Positions 50,221 through 62,085 of a stretch of DNA of 64,000 nucleotides are shown one piece after another. The position numbers were made by a program, and so were the translations under genes. This DNA comes from Mobula hypostoma. Lineage: Eukaryota. Location of the stretch: assembly GCF_963921235.1 (NCBI RefSeq), contig NC_086101.1, positions 27,962,001 to 28,026,000 of the forward strand, in the 5' to 3' direction. The notes under the pieces were generated by a model that was not told the DNA's origin, searched no databases, and was given only the letters and a program-made list of their open reading frames with translations. Each line of letters opens with the position of its first letter. Positions within the stretch are counted from its first letter, which is position 1.

Positions 50221-50939
50221 CACCATAAGCGGGAGGAGAAGATGGCAGCACAACGCAGCGCGCACAGCTCTCCGGTGAAATGATATCGTATCTGTTAAAT
50301 AGGGGACGTGGACAATTCTGATTTGATGGAGACAGACGTGAGAGCACAGAGGAACATCTGGAGAAATTTCTGAAATGCCCGGTTCACTGCCGCTGCTACT
50401 GTGTGATCGAGAATCTCTGGAGGGAAGGCCCCAAAATCCCCGGCTTTGTCTGCTGCTGGCGACCGAGACTGAGGTCGAAGCGTTCGCATAGAGATGGTGC
50501 TCGGTACTCGGTGGCGGAGGGCTGATCGGAGGCTCGAGGTTTTCGGACGACTCAGAGTCGGACTGTGGTCGGGCATGGCAGTGAGGGTTTTCTTCCTTCT
50601 ACCGTCTGCGTGAGGTGTGGGACATTCGAGAAACTTTGAACTTTTTTAGATACCTGGAGCATCTGTGGCAGAGGTGACCTGCTCTTTATCTGGACGGGAA
50701 CTGATATCCTGGCTGGGAAGTTTGGTCATGTTACTCTGGAAGATTTAAACTGTTTTTCTTGGGGTGGGGAGGGGAAAACAAGAGCAACAAGTCAGAAGAT
50801 GGAGGGATTGACTGGAAGGTAGATGAGCAGTAATTCAGGAGCAAGGTAATGGTCACGATGGAATGAATGGGTGGAAATGTGTTTACTTTAGCGCCAGGGA
50901 TATTAGTGGTAAGGTTACGGAGCATGCATCTGTACGTGA

Positions 50940-52070
50940 ATCTTTACAGGGTGCCGTGAGAGTTTGTTGGGGGTTCTGCGAGAGATCATGATTAAAAATA
51001 AACATAGTTTTCTGAACTTCATGCGACGCATGATGCTAGCACTCGGAGTGGTGGGCAGTGACTAAGCAGCACTGTTAGCAATCATGTTGGAGAGCTCACA
51101 GCCCAGTATGGCAGTGCTCTCCCTCCCGAATTACGTCCCCCAACTTCCTGTTGTGCACCGACGACTGACTTATGGGAGTGAACAGACTCTACAGGTGTAG
51201 TAGAAAATTGGAGGGAACTTTTTATTCTAAAGACAGTCCAATGTGCCAATTTTTGAAGAGAAGGTGTGAGATGGAAGAGGAGGATACTAGGCCTAGGCCT
51301 ATGGACAATTCTGATAAGGTTAATGATGAAGAATTACAATCTTCTGAGTCATTTAACTGCACTATTTACCACAACAGACACAAAAAAGTGCCTCTTTGCA
51401 ATGAAAGCTGCTTATCAATGGGGTCTTCATGGACTGGTGATCCAAGTTGTCCTATTCCATTGTGCCTAGTCTGTGGCAAACAACAAGCACGGGTTTCACA
51501 TGCTGGGCCTATAATTGAGCCTGATCCTGTCACTTAGTAAGAAAATGTTTTTTCAAAGTCCTGTATACAATTGTGTCTTAGGCTATATTTTTATTCATAT
51601 TGCTTTGGCTTATAGTTTTTAGTAACTTTACCATTCAACATTGTCAATAAATTTTCATGTTGTAAATAGCACTGATTAAAAGCAACTTACAAGCTTTATT
51701 TAAATTAAATCTACCGAGCCTATCTTTAGGAAAATTTAAGTCCCATTTTGGCTTAAGCCAGCTATTTAACAGAAATTCATTATGTTTGCTTTATGAGTTT
51801 TTAAAATTTGTGAAAGGGAAAGAAAGAGATTAATTTCAAGAAAGGTAGGCTAAGCTTAATTACCTGTTTTATTTTTGAGGAAGTTTGGTGAAAAATTGAT
51901 TCTCTATTCAAAAGAGCATTGACTATTATTTTTGGATAATTATATCTACAAATTACTGATCACACTAACGTACCGTGAGCTGTAGATATAATAATTTTTA
52001 TACAGGGGTTCCCTGAGATCTGAAAACTATTTCAACGGTTTCTCCAGGGCAAGGAGGTTGAGAAAGGCTG
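50940..52070 (+). mobile_element. hAT-Charlie-like deletion derivative; left end uncertain
   Basis: WTGDPSCPIPLCLVCGKQ BED-region remnant; right end GGTTGAGAAAGGCTG. Confidence 0.55.
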
Positions 52071-52479
52071 TGCTAGACAATATTTCTAGTTAGGCTCACC
52101 ATTGAGCACTGAATCTCGGTTCAGGTCTCTTTAAGTACTGAATTCTTGGTGCCCAAACCATGATTGCTAGTTAGCAGGATAGTCCTGAACTCTTAAAGGG
52201 GCCGCGCCAGCTAGCCATATTCCAGAGAGTTAGAGGTCTAAATGTTGGAAGCTGGAGCAGTTGGGTGTGTATCATAACAGAATGGGAGGTCAATGAGAGC
52301 AAGAGTCTACGGAAGGGAATGAACGGTTGACATTTTGGGCCAAGACCCTTCCATCATGAGCGAGAAGCCAGAATGAGAAGCTAAAGGAGGGCCAAGAGCT
52401 GCAATATTAATCGGGGACAATATCACAGCAGAGTGTTCAGAGGGGACATCACTGAGGGCTCATCCACTGAGTCTAACTT

Positions 52480-53004
52480 CAGTTGCCACTTTATTAGGTA
52501 CACTTAATGATGCAAATATCTAATCAGCCAATCATGTGGTAGCAACTCAATGCATAAAAGCATGCAGACATGGTCAAAAGGTTCAGTTGTTGCTCAGATC
52601 AAACATCAGATTTGGGAAGAAATGTGATCTAAATGACTTTGACCGTGGAATGATTGTTGGTGTCAGACTGGATGGTTTGAGTATCTCAGAAAGCGATCTC
52701 CTGGGATTTTCACTCACAACGTTCTCTAGAGTTTACAGAGGATGGCGTGAAAAACAGAAAACATCCAGTGGGAGGCATTCTGTGACTGAAATTGCCTTGT
52801 TAATGAGGGAAGTCAGAGGAGATTGTCAAGACAGGTTCAAGCAGAAAAGGAAGGATACAGTAACCCTAACCATGTGTTACCATAGTGGCTTACAGAAGGG
52901 CATCTCTGAACACACATCACCTCAAACCCTAAAATGGTTAGGATACAGCAGCAGCACCCCTGTCTGAGGTACAAGACATATCTCATGAAGTGGCCACTGA
53001 GTGT
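52480..53004 (+). mobile_element. Tc1-like deletion derivative
   Basis: GKKCDLNDFDRGMIVG...FSRVY; CCACTTTATTAGGTACAC and GAAGTGGCCACTGAGTGTA ends. Confidence 0.75.
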
Positions 53005-54612
53005 ACAGGAATAAAACTCAAAATAAGAAAGGTGCAAGCAACCTAATGGGACAACAAACAATAGACCCTTCAATAGCCATTGAGAAACAGGCATGCAGGC
53101 AGATTCAGGGAAGACGGGAAAACAAAAGGTTTTGTTGTTGGGAGTTACTTCAGTTTCCTCAATATAGACGGGGACCTCCTTAGTGCATGGGGTTTATTTG
53201 TTAGGGACAACCGGGGATGGGTCCTTAAGTAAGTGTAAATAGTCCAACTAAAGGAGGGGATATATGGCATCCGAGGCTGCAAAGTCAGCCTGGTCAGGTG
53301 ACTGACCTTTCTGTGGGAAAACGTTTAAGCAATGGAGATCACTGTTCCTTAAGTTTTAAGAGAGCTATAGATAAGGAGAAGTGTAGACCCTGCAGGAGGG
53401 TATGAAATTGGGGCAGTGCAAATTACGGGAGATTCAGTTGCAGTCACTCTGTTGTGGTAAGGATATGGAGACTTTGCAGCCGGCGCAGAAGATGTTTGCC
53501 ACAATGCCGCCTGGATTAGAGGCCACATGCTGTAAGGAAAGGTGAGACAAACTTGGGTTGTTTTCTCTGGACAGTGGAGGCAGAGGGAAGCCCTGATTTA
53601 CCGTATGTTTACAAGAGGTATAAATGGAGAGACAGATAGCATCTTGCTCCCAGGGTCGAAAAGCATGCATTCCAGGTGGGAGGGGTAAGTTGAAAGGAGA
53701 TGTGCATGGTGAGTGGTGGGTGTCTGAAAACCACTGCCTGCAGTGGTGACCAAGGCAGAAATACTGGAGCTGCTGAAGAGACTCTTCGTAGGTACATGAT
53801 TGTGCTGGGAATTGGAGGATTCGGTTGTTGTGAAGGCAGAGGGCATTAATTTAGTTTAGGCATGCAATTAATAGATTAGTTAGCTGTCCACAACATTAAT
53901 TCTCTGGGTGAGCACTTGAATTGTAAGGCAGAAGGCAGTTATGGACCAAGTACTGGGAACACACCAGTCCTCACCGAAAGGCTTACGTGAAGGGTCATTG
54001 AAGCAACATCTCAGAGGGTCTATCCTGAAGCCAGCACTTAGATGCAACCGTCAATGAGAGCATGCCAACGTCCCTCCTTTCTTAAAAGTTTAGGTGATTC
54101 TGCACTTCACCAAAGACTCTGACAAACCTCTGCCGATGTACGGTGGAAAGCATCACTGCCTGGTATGAAAGAACTCCAGTACACAGGAACACAAGAGGAT
54201 GCAGAGAGAGGTAAACTCAGCCAGTTCTATCACAGGTACAGCCCTTCACACCATCAAGGACATCTACAAGAGGACTGTATTTCTTTTCTCCATCAGCTTG
54301 TACTAGTGTCCTTATGTTTAGTGGTGCATAATTTATGTTAATTCAAGTACATGTTAAACTATCTCCATTGTGTTTTTCATGTGCTGTGCTCCTGCTGCAC
54401 AAAGTATTGATACCCTGGGTAAAATGAACTTAAGCGGGATGAGTCATCAGCATAGATGTGATGGGCCGAAAGGCCTTTTTCTAGCTGTGTGAGTCCATAC
54501 AGATGGTCTCATTTATTTAAGGGTCCTTTGACTGGACACGTGTGCTTCTCTGAACACGGAACAAGGACCATGAGTTTCGTTAAACATTCGCCGACTTCTT
54601 ATGTTTTGACAG

Positions 54613-54885
54613 AAATCCACACACTCCAGCAGGTGATTGGCTGTGACCTGAGGGAGGATGGGACCACGAAAGGCTTCACTCAGTACAGCTGGGATGGAGA
54701 GGACCTGCTGAGCCTGGACAAGGACCACACAGAGTGGGACACATTTGTAATGTGGGCAGAGAGAATTAAACACCAGTGGGATCAGGACATGGTCAACATT
54801 GGGAAATGGAAGTACTTCCTGAAGGTGGACTGTGTCCGGTGGCTGAGGAAGTTCCTGGCTTACGGAAGGAGGCAACTGCGAGTGG
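54613..54885 (+). CDS. Gene B exon 3 (alpha2 domain)
   Basis: TTTTGACAG acceptor, G|GTGAGT donor, 273 bp; IHTLQQVIGCDL...YSWDGED...FLKVDCVRWLRKF. Confidence 0.95.
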
Positions 54886-55283
54886 GTGAGTGGTCGGGGG
54901 AGGTTGCGATTCCGGGATATTGGGGTAGGGAACTGAACATCACTGATGAGGATGGTGGGTTGTAGTGAATGGGGGGGGTGAAGGGGTGACGGGGGGCAGT
55001 TAGGAAGAAAGTGTGGGGGAGGCGGGAGTGAGAGGTATGTGAGGGTGTGGGGTTCTGGGAGCAGAGATGAGAAATTGTCTCCAGTTGTGTGCATGCGTAT
55101 GCGTGTGTGCGCGTTAGAGTATCATAAAGAGATAGGATTGGGTGGTCTCTATCGATCTGTGTGTGTGTGATGGACTCCACCATGTTCCCCCTCTTTGGGG
55201 TCTCTTGCTCTCTTTCTGTCTCTCTGGTTGGGGGTGTCTCTATCCCTATAGACTCCACACTGACTCACCTTCCTTCCCCCCAG

Positions 55284-55547
55284 AACCTCCCCAGGTGACC
55301 TTCACCCTGTCAGCCAAAACCAGCACCCTCTCCTGCTTGGCCACTGGCTTCCGCCCCTCATCCATTGAGGTGACCCTGTGGAAGAATGGGACCATCCTCC
55401 CTGAGGCACACTCCACTGGGCTCCTGCCCAATCACAATGGCACATACCAGATCCGGAAGTGGGTGCAGATTGATCCCGCGGACCCGGCATCATTCTCCTG
55501 CCGGGTGGGGCACAGCGGACTGAAGGATCCCATCATCTGGAATGACG
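55284..55547 (+). CDS. Gene B exon 4 (alpha3, Ig C1 domain)
   Basis: CCCCCCAG acceptor, G|GTGAGC donor, 264 bp; LSCLATGFRP...LPNHNGTYQ...FSCRVGHSGL. Confidence 0.95.
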
Positions 55548-55689
55548 GTGAGCTGGTCGGTTGCCATGGGGGAGGGTCCAAGAGCACACGTGTGCGCTCA
55601 CGGGTGGGGCAGTCTGTGGTGGGGGCGAGGTGTCTGAGGGTCCCAGAGTTGTGCTGGGGGAGATCCTCAGATACTCAGGTAGAGTCACA

Positions 55690-58600
55690 GAAAAGCAGAG
55701 CATAGAAACTGGCCCTTCGGGCCATCTAGTTCATGCTGAGCCATTGGAACTGCCAACTCCCATCGACCTGCACAGGGACCATAGCCCTTCTTATCCCTAC
55801 TATCCAAACTTCTCTTAAACATTGAAATCGAGCTTGCATACACCACTTGTGCTGGCAGCTCATTCCATATTCTCACCACCCTCTGAGTGAAGTTTCCCTT
55901 CATGTTCCCCTTAAACTCTTCACCTTTCACCCTTAACCCATGACCTTTAGTAGTCCCACCTAACCTCAGTGGAAAAAGCCTGCTTGCATTTGCCCTGTCT
56001 ATACCCTCATAATTTTGTATACCTTTATTAAATCTCCTCGCAATCTGTTACATTCCAAGGAATAAAGTCCTAACCTATTTAACATTTCCTTATAACTCAG
56101 ATCTTCCAGGCATGGCAACATCCTTGAAAATCTTCTGTCTCTTTCAACCTTAGTTCATCTTTTCTGTAGGTAGGTGACCTGAACTGCACATAATGCTCCA
56201 AATAAGGTCGCACTAACGTCCTATACAACTTCAACATAACACTCAGTACATTGATTTACAAAGGCCAATGTGCCAAAAGCTTTCTTTATGACCCTATCTA
56301 CCTATGATGCCACTTTCAATGAATTGTGGTCTCCATTCACAAATCCTTTTGTTCTACCGCACTCCTCAGTGCCCTAACATTCATTCTATAAAGCCTACCC
56401 TGGTTGGTCCTACCAAAGTACAACACCTCGTACTTGTCTGCATTAAATTCCATCAGTCCATTTTTCCAGATGGCCTGCAATCTATTTCAAGTACCGAGAG
56501 TCTTCCTCGCTGTCCGCTACAACCCAGTCTTGGTGTCATCTGCAAATTTGCTGATTCAGTTAACCACATTTTCATCCAGATCATTGATTGATATAGGTGA
56601 GAAACAACATTAGACCCAGCACTGATCCCTGCAACACTTTACTAGTCACAGGCCATCAGTCAGAGATGCAACTGTATACTACCACTCTCTGGCTTCTCCC
56701 ACAGCCAATGTCTAATCCAATTTACTACCTCATCTTGAATGCCAACCGACTGAACCTTCTTGACCAACCTCCCATGTGGGACCTTATCAAATACCTTACT
56801 AAAGTCCATGTAGACAACATCCACTGCAATGCCTTCATCAATTTTCCTGGTAACTTCCTCAAAAAATTCTGTAAGATTGGTTAGACACTACCTACCATGC
56901 ACAAAACCATGCTGATTATACTTAGTAAGTCCATATCTATCCAAATACTTATATATCCAGTCCTTTGGAATACTTTCCAATAACCTTCCCACTACTGATG
57001 TCAGGCTCACCGGCCTATAATTTCCTGGTTTCTGTTTAGAACCTTTCTTAAACAGCAGAACAATATTGACTATCCTCCAATCCTCTGGTACCTCTCCGTC
57101 ACTAAGAATGATTTAAATATATCACCTAGGGCCCAGCAATTTCAGCACTTGCCTCCCATAGGGTCTGAGGAAACACCCTGTCAGGGCCAGGGGATTTTAA
57201 TTTTTAATTTATACTTTATACTTTATTGTCGCCAAACAATTGATACTAGAACGTACAATCATCACAGCGATATTTGATTCTGTGCTTCCTGCTCCCTGGA
57301 TTACAAATATTAAATATTAAAAACAGTAAAAATTAGTAAATATAAAAAAATTAAATTATAAATCATAAATAGAAAATAGAAAAATGGAAAGTAAGGTAGT
57401 GCAAAAAAAACCAAGAGGCAGGTCTGGATATTTGGAGGGTACGGCCCAGATCCAGGTCAGGATCCGTTCAGCAGTCTTATCACAGTTGGAAAGAAGCAGT
57501 TCCCAAATCTGGCTGTACGAGTCTTCAAGCTCCTGAGCCTTCTCCCGGAGGGAAGAGGGACGAAAAGTGTGTTGGCTGGCTGGGTCGTGTCCTTGATTAT
57601 CCTGGCAGCACTGCTCCGACAGTGTGCAGTGTAAAGTGAGTCCAAGGACAGAAGATTGGTTTTTGTGATGTGCTGCGCCATGTTCACGATCTTCTGCAGC
57701 TTCTTTCGGCCTTGGACAGGACAATTTGCCCTAAGGACAGCAAACACAACTTCCTCTGTAATCTATACAGGGTTATACAGAGTCCATGAAGTTGATGCTA
57801 CTCTGCTTCACTTCTATTGACTCTGTGTCCGTCTCCTGAGTAAAAACAGATGCAAAGAATTCATTTAAGATCTCCCCCACCTCTTTTGCTCTGTGGAATT
57901 CCTTGGGATTCTTCTTCACCTTGTCTGCCAGAGGAACTTTCTGCCTTCTTTTACCCTTCCCAATTTCTTTCTTAGGTGTTCTCTTTCATTTCTTGTACTC
58001 CATAAGCTCCTCATTTGTTCCTCCCTGTCTATACCTGCTTTTCTTAACCAGGGCCTCAATATCTCTTAAAAACCAAGGTTCCCTGCCCTGTTATCTTTAC
58101 CTTTTATTCTGACAGGCACATACAAGCTTTCTACTCTAAGGGTTTCACTTTTCAAGGCATCACGCCTTTACCAGAAAATAGCCTGTCCCAATTCACACTT
58201 GCCAGATCCTTTCTGATGCCATCAAATTTGGCCTTTCTTCAATTTAGGATCACAATCTGCAGACCAGACCTGTCTTTTTGCATATTGACTTTGAAGCAAA
58301 TGGCAGTATGATCACTAGATGCAAAGCGTTTCCCTACACAAACTTCTGTCGCCTGCCCTGTCTCATTCCCTAATAGCTGATCAATTATTGCACACTCTCT
58401 CATTGGGACTTTTATGTACTGATTAAGGACACGTTCCTTACGACATTTGACAAATTCTATCCCATCTAGTAACTTTACAGTATGGGAATATTTGGAAAGT
58501 TAAAAATCACCTACTAAAACAATCTTATATTTCTTGCAACAGTCTGCAATCTCTCTACAAATTTGTTCCTCTAAATCCCTCAGACTGTTGGGTGATCTGT

Positions 58601-60290
58601 AATATAGCCACATTTATATGGTCTTGTTACTCAGTACCACCCACAACACCTCACTAGGTGAGTTCTCCAGTCTGTCCTGACTGAGCACTGCCTTGATATT
58701 TTCCCTGACCAATAACGCCACCCCTCCTTGTTTAATCCCCCCCACCATTCTGTCACATCTAAAATAATGGAACCCCAGAATATTGAGCTGGCAGTCCTGC
58801 CCCTCCTGCAACCAAGTCTCACTCATGGCTAGCTTATCATAATTCCATATGTTGATCCAAGCCCTGCAGTCATCTGCCTTTCCTATAAACTTCTTGCATT
58901 GAAATATACAAGCTCAGAACATTAGTCACATCATGTTCAATCTTTTGATTCCTGACTATATCTGAGGTCTTTATAACAACGTATCTCCACAATCTCTGCA
59001 CTATCTGCTCTGGCACTCTGGTTCACATCCCCCTACAACTCTAGTTTTAGCACCCCGCCCCCTTCCCGTGCAGTATGGCAAACTTTCCCATTAGGATATT
59101 AGTCCCCATCCAGTTCAGGTGCAAACAATCTCTTCTAAACAGAACCCAGCTTCCTTGGAAGAGAGCCCAATGATCCAAAGCTCTAATGTCCTGCCTCCTT
59201 CACCAGCTCCTCAGCCGCATATTAAGTTATATATTCTTCCTATTTCTGGCCTCAGTAGCACGTGGTGGAGGTAGCAATCCTGAGATCACAAGCCTGGAGG
59301 TCTGCCAACTCCCAACTCCCTGAGCTCACTTTGCAGACCCTCGTCACTCGTCCTACCCCTGTCATTGGTACCTACATGGACCAGAACCTCTGGCTATTCA
59401 TCCCCTCACTTAAGAATGCTGAGAACTCAATCCAAGATATCCCAGACCCTAGCACCCGGGAGGCAACATACCATCCAAGAATCTCATTCTCGTTCACGGA
59501 ACTTCCTTTCTGTTCTCCTAACTAATGTATCGCCTGTCACCACAGCTTGCTTCTTCTTCCCCACCCCCCCTTCCCATTTGAGTTTCAGTGCCAGAGACCT
59601 GACCGCTGTGACTTTCCTCTGCTAGGTCAACCCCTCGAACAGTATCTAAAGAGATATACCTGTTGTTGATGGGGATGCCTTGGGGTACTCTGCACTGGCT
59701 GTTTAACCCCTTTCTCCCTCCTGACTGTCACCCAGTTTCCGGTGTCCTGCACCTTGAGTGTAACTACCTCTCTATTAGTCCTGTCTATCACCCCCTCAGC
59801 CTCTCAAATGATCCAGAGTTCATCCAGTTCCAGCTCCAACCCCTCAATGCGGATTGCTAGAAACCGCAGCAGGATGCACTTGTCATCAGGGTCACTGGAG
59901 GTCTCCCTGCCTTCCCACACCACTCAAGAGGAGCATGCCACTATTCTGCCTGGCATCTCTACTGTGCTAACTCAGCAAATGTAAAGAAGGAAGAACAATA
60001 AACTGTTGGGTGGGGGTGGAAACTCTATCTACAGCTTTTTTGCCTTCTCTGACTGAAGCCTCACCTGATGAAGCCTTGAAGAGCTAAAATGTGACCACTC
60101 CAACAGTGGGCACTCTGCTTGCCCCTGCCTTAATTTAATTTGTTCTTGCCAATCTATCCCAAATGCTGATAGGCCACTGCTCAAAGCACTAAACTGCCAT
60201 GAGTCGCTAGCTTTTCGACTCAGTTGGCAAGCCTGAGTGAGCTGCGTCTTCTCAGGGTTCTGATCTCCAGTTTGCTGCTGCTCAAAGTGA
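55690..60290 (-). mobile_element. Degenerate CR1 LINE segments (with an embedded Rex-like piece at about 57230-57720) in gene B intron 4
   Basis: CR1 3' end at about 55690, RT remnants, SETWLQEG endonuclease motif (58614-58826), ORF1 remnants. Confidence 0.75.
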
Positions 60291-60420
60291 GGTCAAGTCC
60301 CTGGTATCCAGGAACAGGATAGAGCAGGGCTTGGTTTATCCTGCGACAGGGCAGAGCTGTATCTGGGGACAGTACGGAGCAGTGGCAGTTGTATCCGAGG
60401 TGATTACTGCACAGGGTAGA

Positions 60421-60790
60421 GTTCCCTGTGATATTACAGTATAGGGCAGTGTACCCTGTAATATAACAGTATGGTGCCGTGTACCCTGTGATATTTCAGT
60501 ACAGGGCAGTGTACCCTGTATTATTACAGTACAGTGCCGTGTACCCTATATTATTGCAGTACAGTGCAATGTACCCTCTAATATTATGGTACAGGGCAGT
60601 GGGCCCTGTATTATTACAGTACAGGGCAGTGTGCCCTGTAATATTACCATATGGTGCAGTGTACCCTGTAATATTACTGTACGGTGTACTGTACCACTTG
60701 ATATTACAGTACGGGCCAGTGTGCCCCATGGCATTACTGCACGGGGCAGTGTGCCCTGTAATGTTACCACACGGGGCAGCGTACCCTGTG
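60421..60790 (+). repeat. 30-bp minisatellite (about 12 units) just upstream of gene B's TM exon
   Basis: Unit about GTACCCTGTAATATTACAGTACAGGGCAGT, in register every 30 bp. Confidence 0.95.
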
Positions 60791-60838
60791 TGATTGTGGG
60801 GCCTGTGTCTCAGACACCCTCTCTGATTCTTTCTCCAG

Positions 60839-60985
60839 TGCAGGGAACTCAACCCTGGATACAGCCTAACCTGCTGAGTAGCTCCAGCATTTTCAGTGGG
60901 TTGTGCTGGATTCCACTCTTCTTCGGGATCAGGGCCATTTCCGTCATCATTATCCTCATTATCGGTGCCAGCTGCAGAAGGCGAG
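60839..60985 (+). CDS. Gene B exon 5 (connecting peptide + transmembrane) with a 51-bp in-frame insertion
   Basis: CTTTCTCCAG acceptor, G|GTATGG donor, 147 bp = 96 + 51; aligns without gaps to gene A's TM exon outside 60865-60915. Confidence 0.85.
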
Positions 60986-61080
60986 GTATGGCTGGGAAGG
61001 GAACTGGGCAGAGGGAGCAGGGAGGGTGTGGGGAAGGGATAGCTGAGGGTCTGTGGGGGTAGGGGAAGGTTCTGATGCAG

Positions 61081-61112
61081 GAGAGTATCAGCGGCAGCAC
61101 GCTGGTGTACTG
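61081..61112 (+). CDS. Gene B putative exon 6 (cytoplasmic mini-exon, phase 1 to 0)
   Basis: GEYQRQHAGVL, strong donor CTG|GTAAGT, codon-wise similar to gene A exon 6; weak purine-rich acceptor. Confidence 0.5.
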
Positions 61113-61506
61113 GTAAGTGTAATGCTGTTCAGGGCCAGCTACACAGGTTCAGTTACGTGGCTGTCTGTGCGGAGTTCGTCCGTTCTCCCTGTGACCGTGT
61201 GGGTTTCCTTGGGATGTTACAGTTTCTTCCTGCATTACAGAAGTGTACAGATTGGAATTAGTAGGTTGGGGACATGGTATGTGAGTGCTGAAAGCACATC
61301 AACACCTGCAGGCTGCCCCAGTACATATTTGTACTGTGTCTGTCATGGATGTACTTCGCTGTCTGCTTCGAAGGTTACCAGGGAGTGCCGGTATGGGAGG
61401 AGGGGGACGATGGGGCAGGTCGAGTGGAAGGGGACGGGTCTGAGGGAGGTGGGATGGAAAGGTGCAGTTGACCCTGGATCTGATGTGACCAATTTTGCTT
61501 CCCCAG

Positions 61507-61584
61507 ACTAGTGGTTCCATTAGGATAAGGACCAAGAGACTCCAGGGCTGTACCAGCTCATCATTCCAAGCCAACGCTCCTTGA
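61507..61584 (+). CDS. Gene B terminal exon
   Basis: TTTTGCTTCCCCAG acceptor; TSGSIRIRTKRLQGCTSSSFQANAP* in phase 0 (D* if entered in phase 1); homologous to gene A's interrupted last exon. Confidence 0.62.
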   Translation, partial: TSGSIRIRTKRLQGCTSSSFQANAP

Positions 61585-61810
61585 TTTGAGAAGGCCTCTG
61601 CATGTTTTCTTCTGGAACTGGAATGGAAGGCTGGTGTTATGGACATCTCCAGCAAGTCAGATTGTACTAGAGCCGAGACATCATGTTAACAGCCAGAACT
61701 GTCCAACACAGAGACAACAAAAGAGTGTGTATCCTGTCAGATGTCAGAAATGTACGATTACAAATATGTCAGATTGTAGATTTGGCATATTGCTGATGTG
61801 TAGCACTACA

Positions 61811-62085
61811 GGCATGTGGCCAAGTGGTTAAGGTGTTTGTCTAGTGATCTGCAGGTCACTAGTTCGAGCCTTGGCTGGGGCAGCGCGTTGTGTCCTTGAG
61901 CAAGGCACTTAACCACACATTGCGCTGTGACAACACCGGTGCCAAGCTTAATGCCCTTCCCCTTGGACAACATCGGTGGCGTGGAGAGGGGAGACTTGCA
62001 GCGTGGGCAACTGCTGGTCTCCATGCAACCTTGCCCAGGCCTGTGCCCTGGAAACCTTCCAAGGTGCAAATCCATGGTCTCATGA
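61811..62085 (+). mobile_element. tRNA-derived SINE
   Basis: Box A TGGCCAAGTGG, box B GTTCGAGCC, body TGTGTCCTTGAGCAAGGCACTT. Confidence 0.75.

Noticed and set aside
60421-60790. CRISPR-like array or coding repeat protein (ORFs 60479-60793, 60496-60852)
   Set aside because: Units are contiguous 30-mers with no unique spacers, in eukaryotic intronic DNA; the ORFs are by-products of a unit length divisible by 3.
61811-61880. tRNA gene
   Set aside because: Has box A/B but continues into a SINE body, and no convincing cloverleaf acceptor stem forms.
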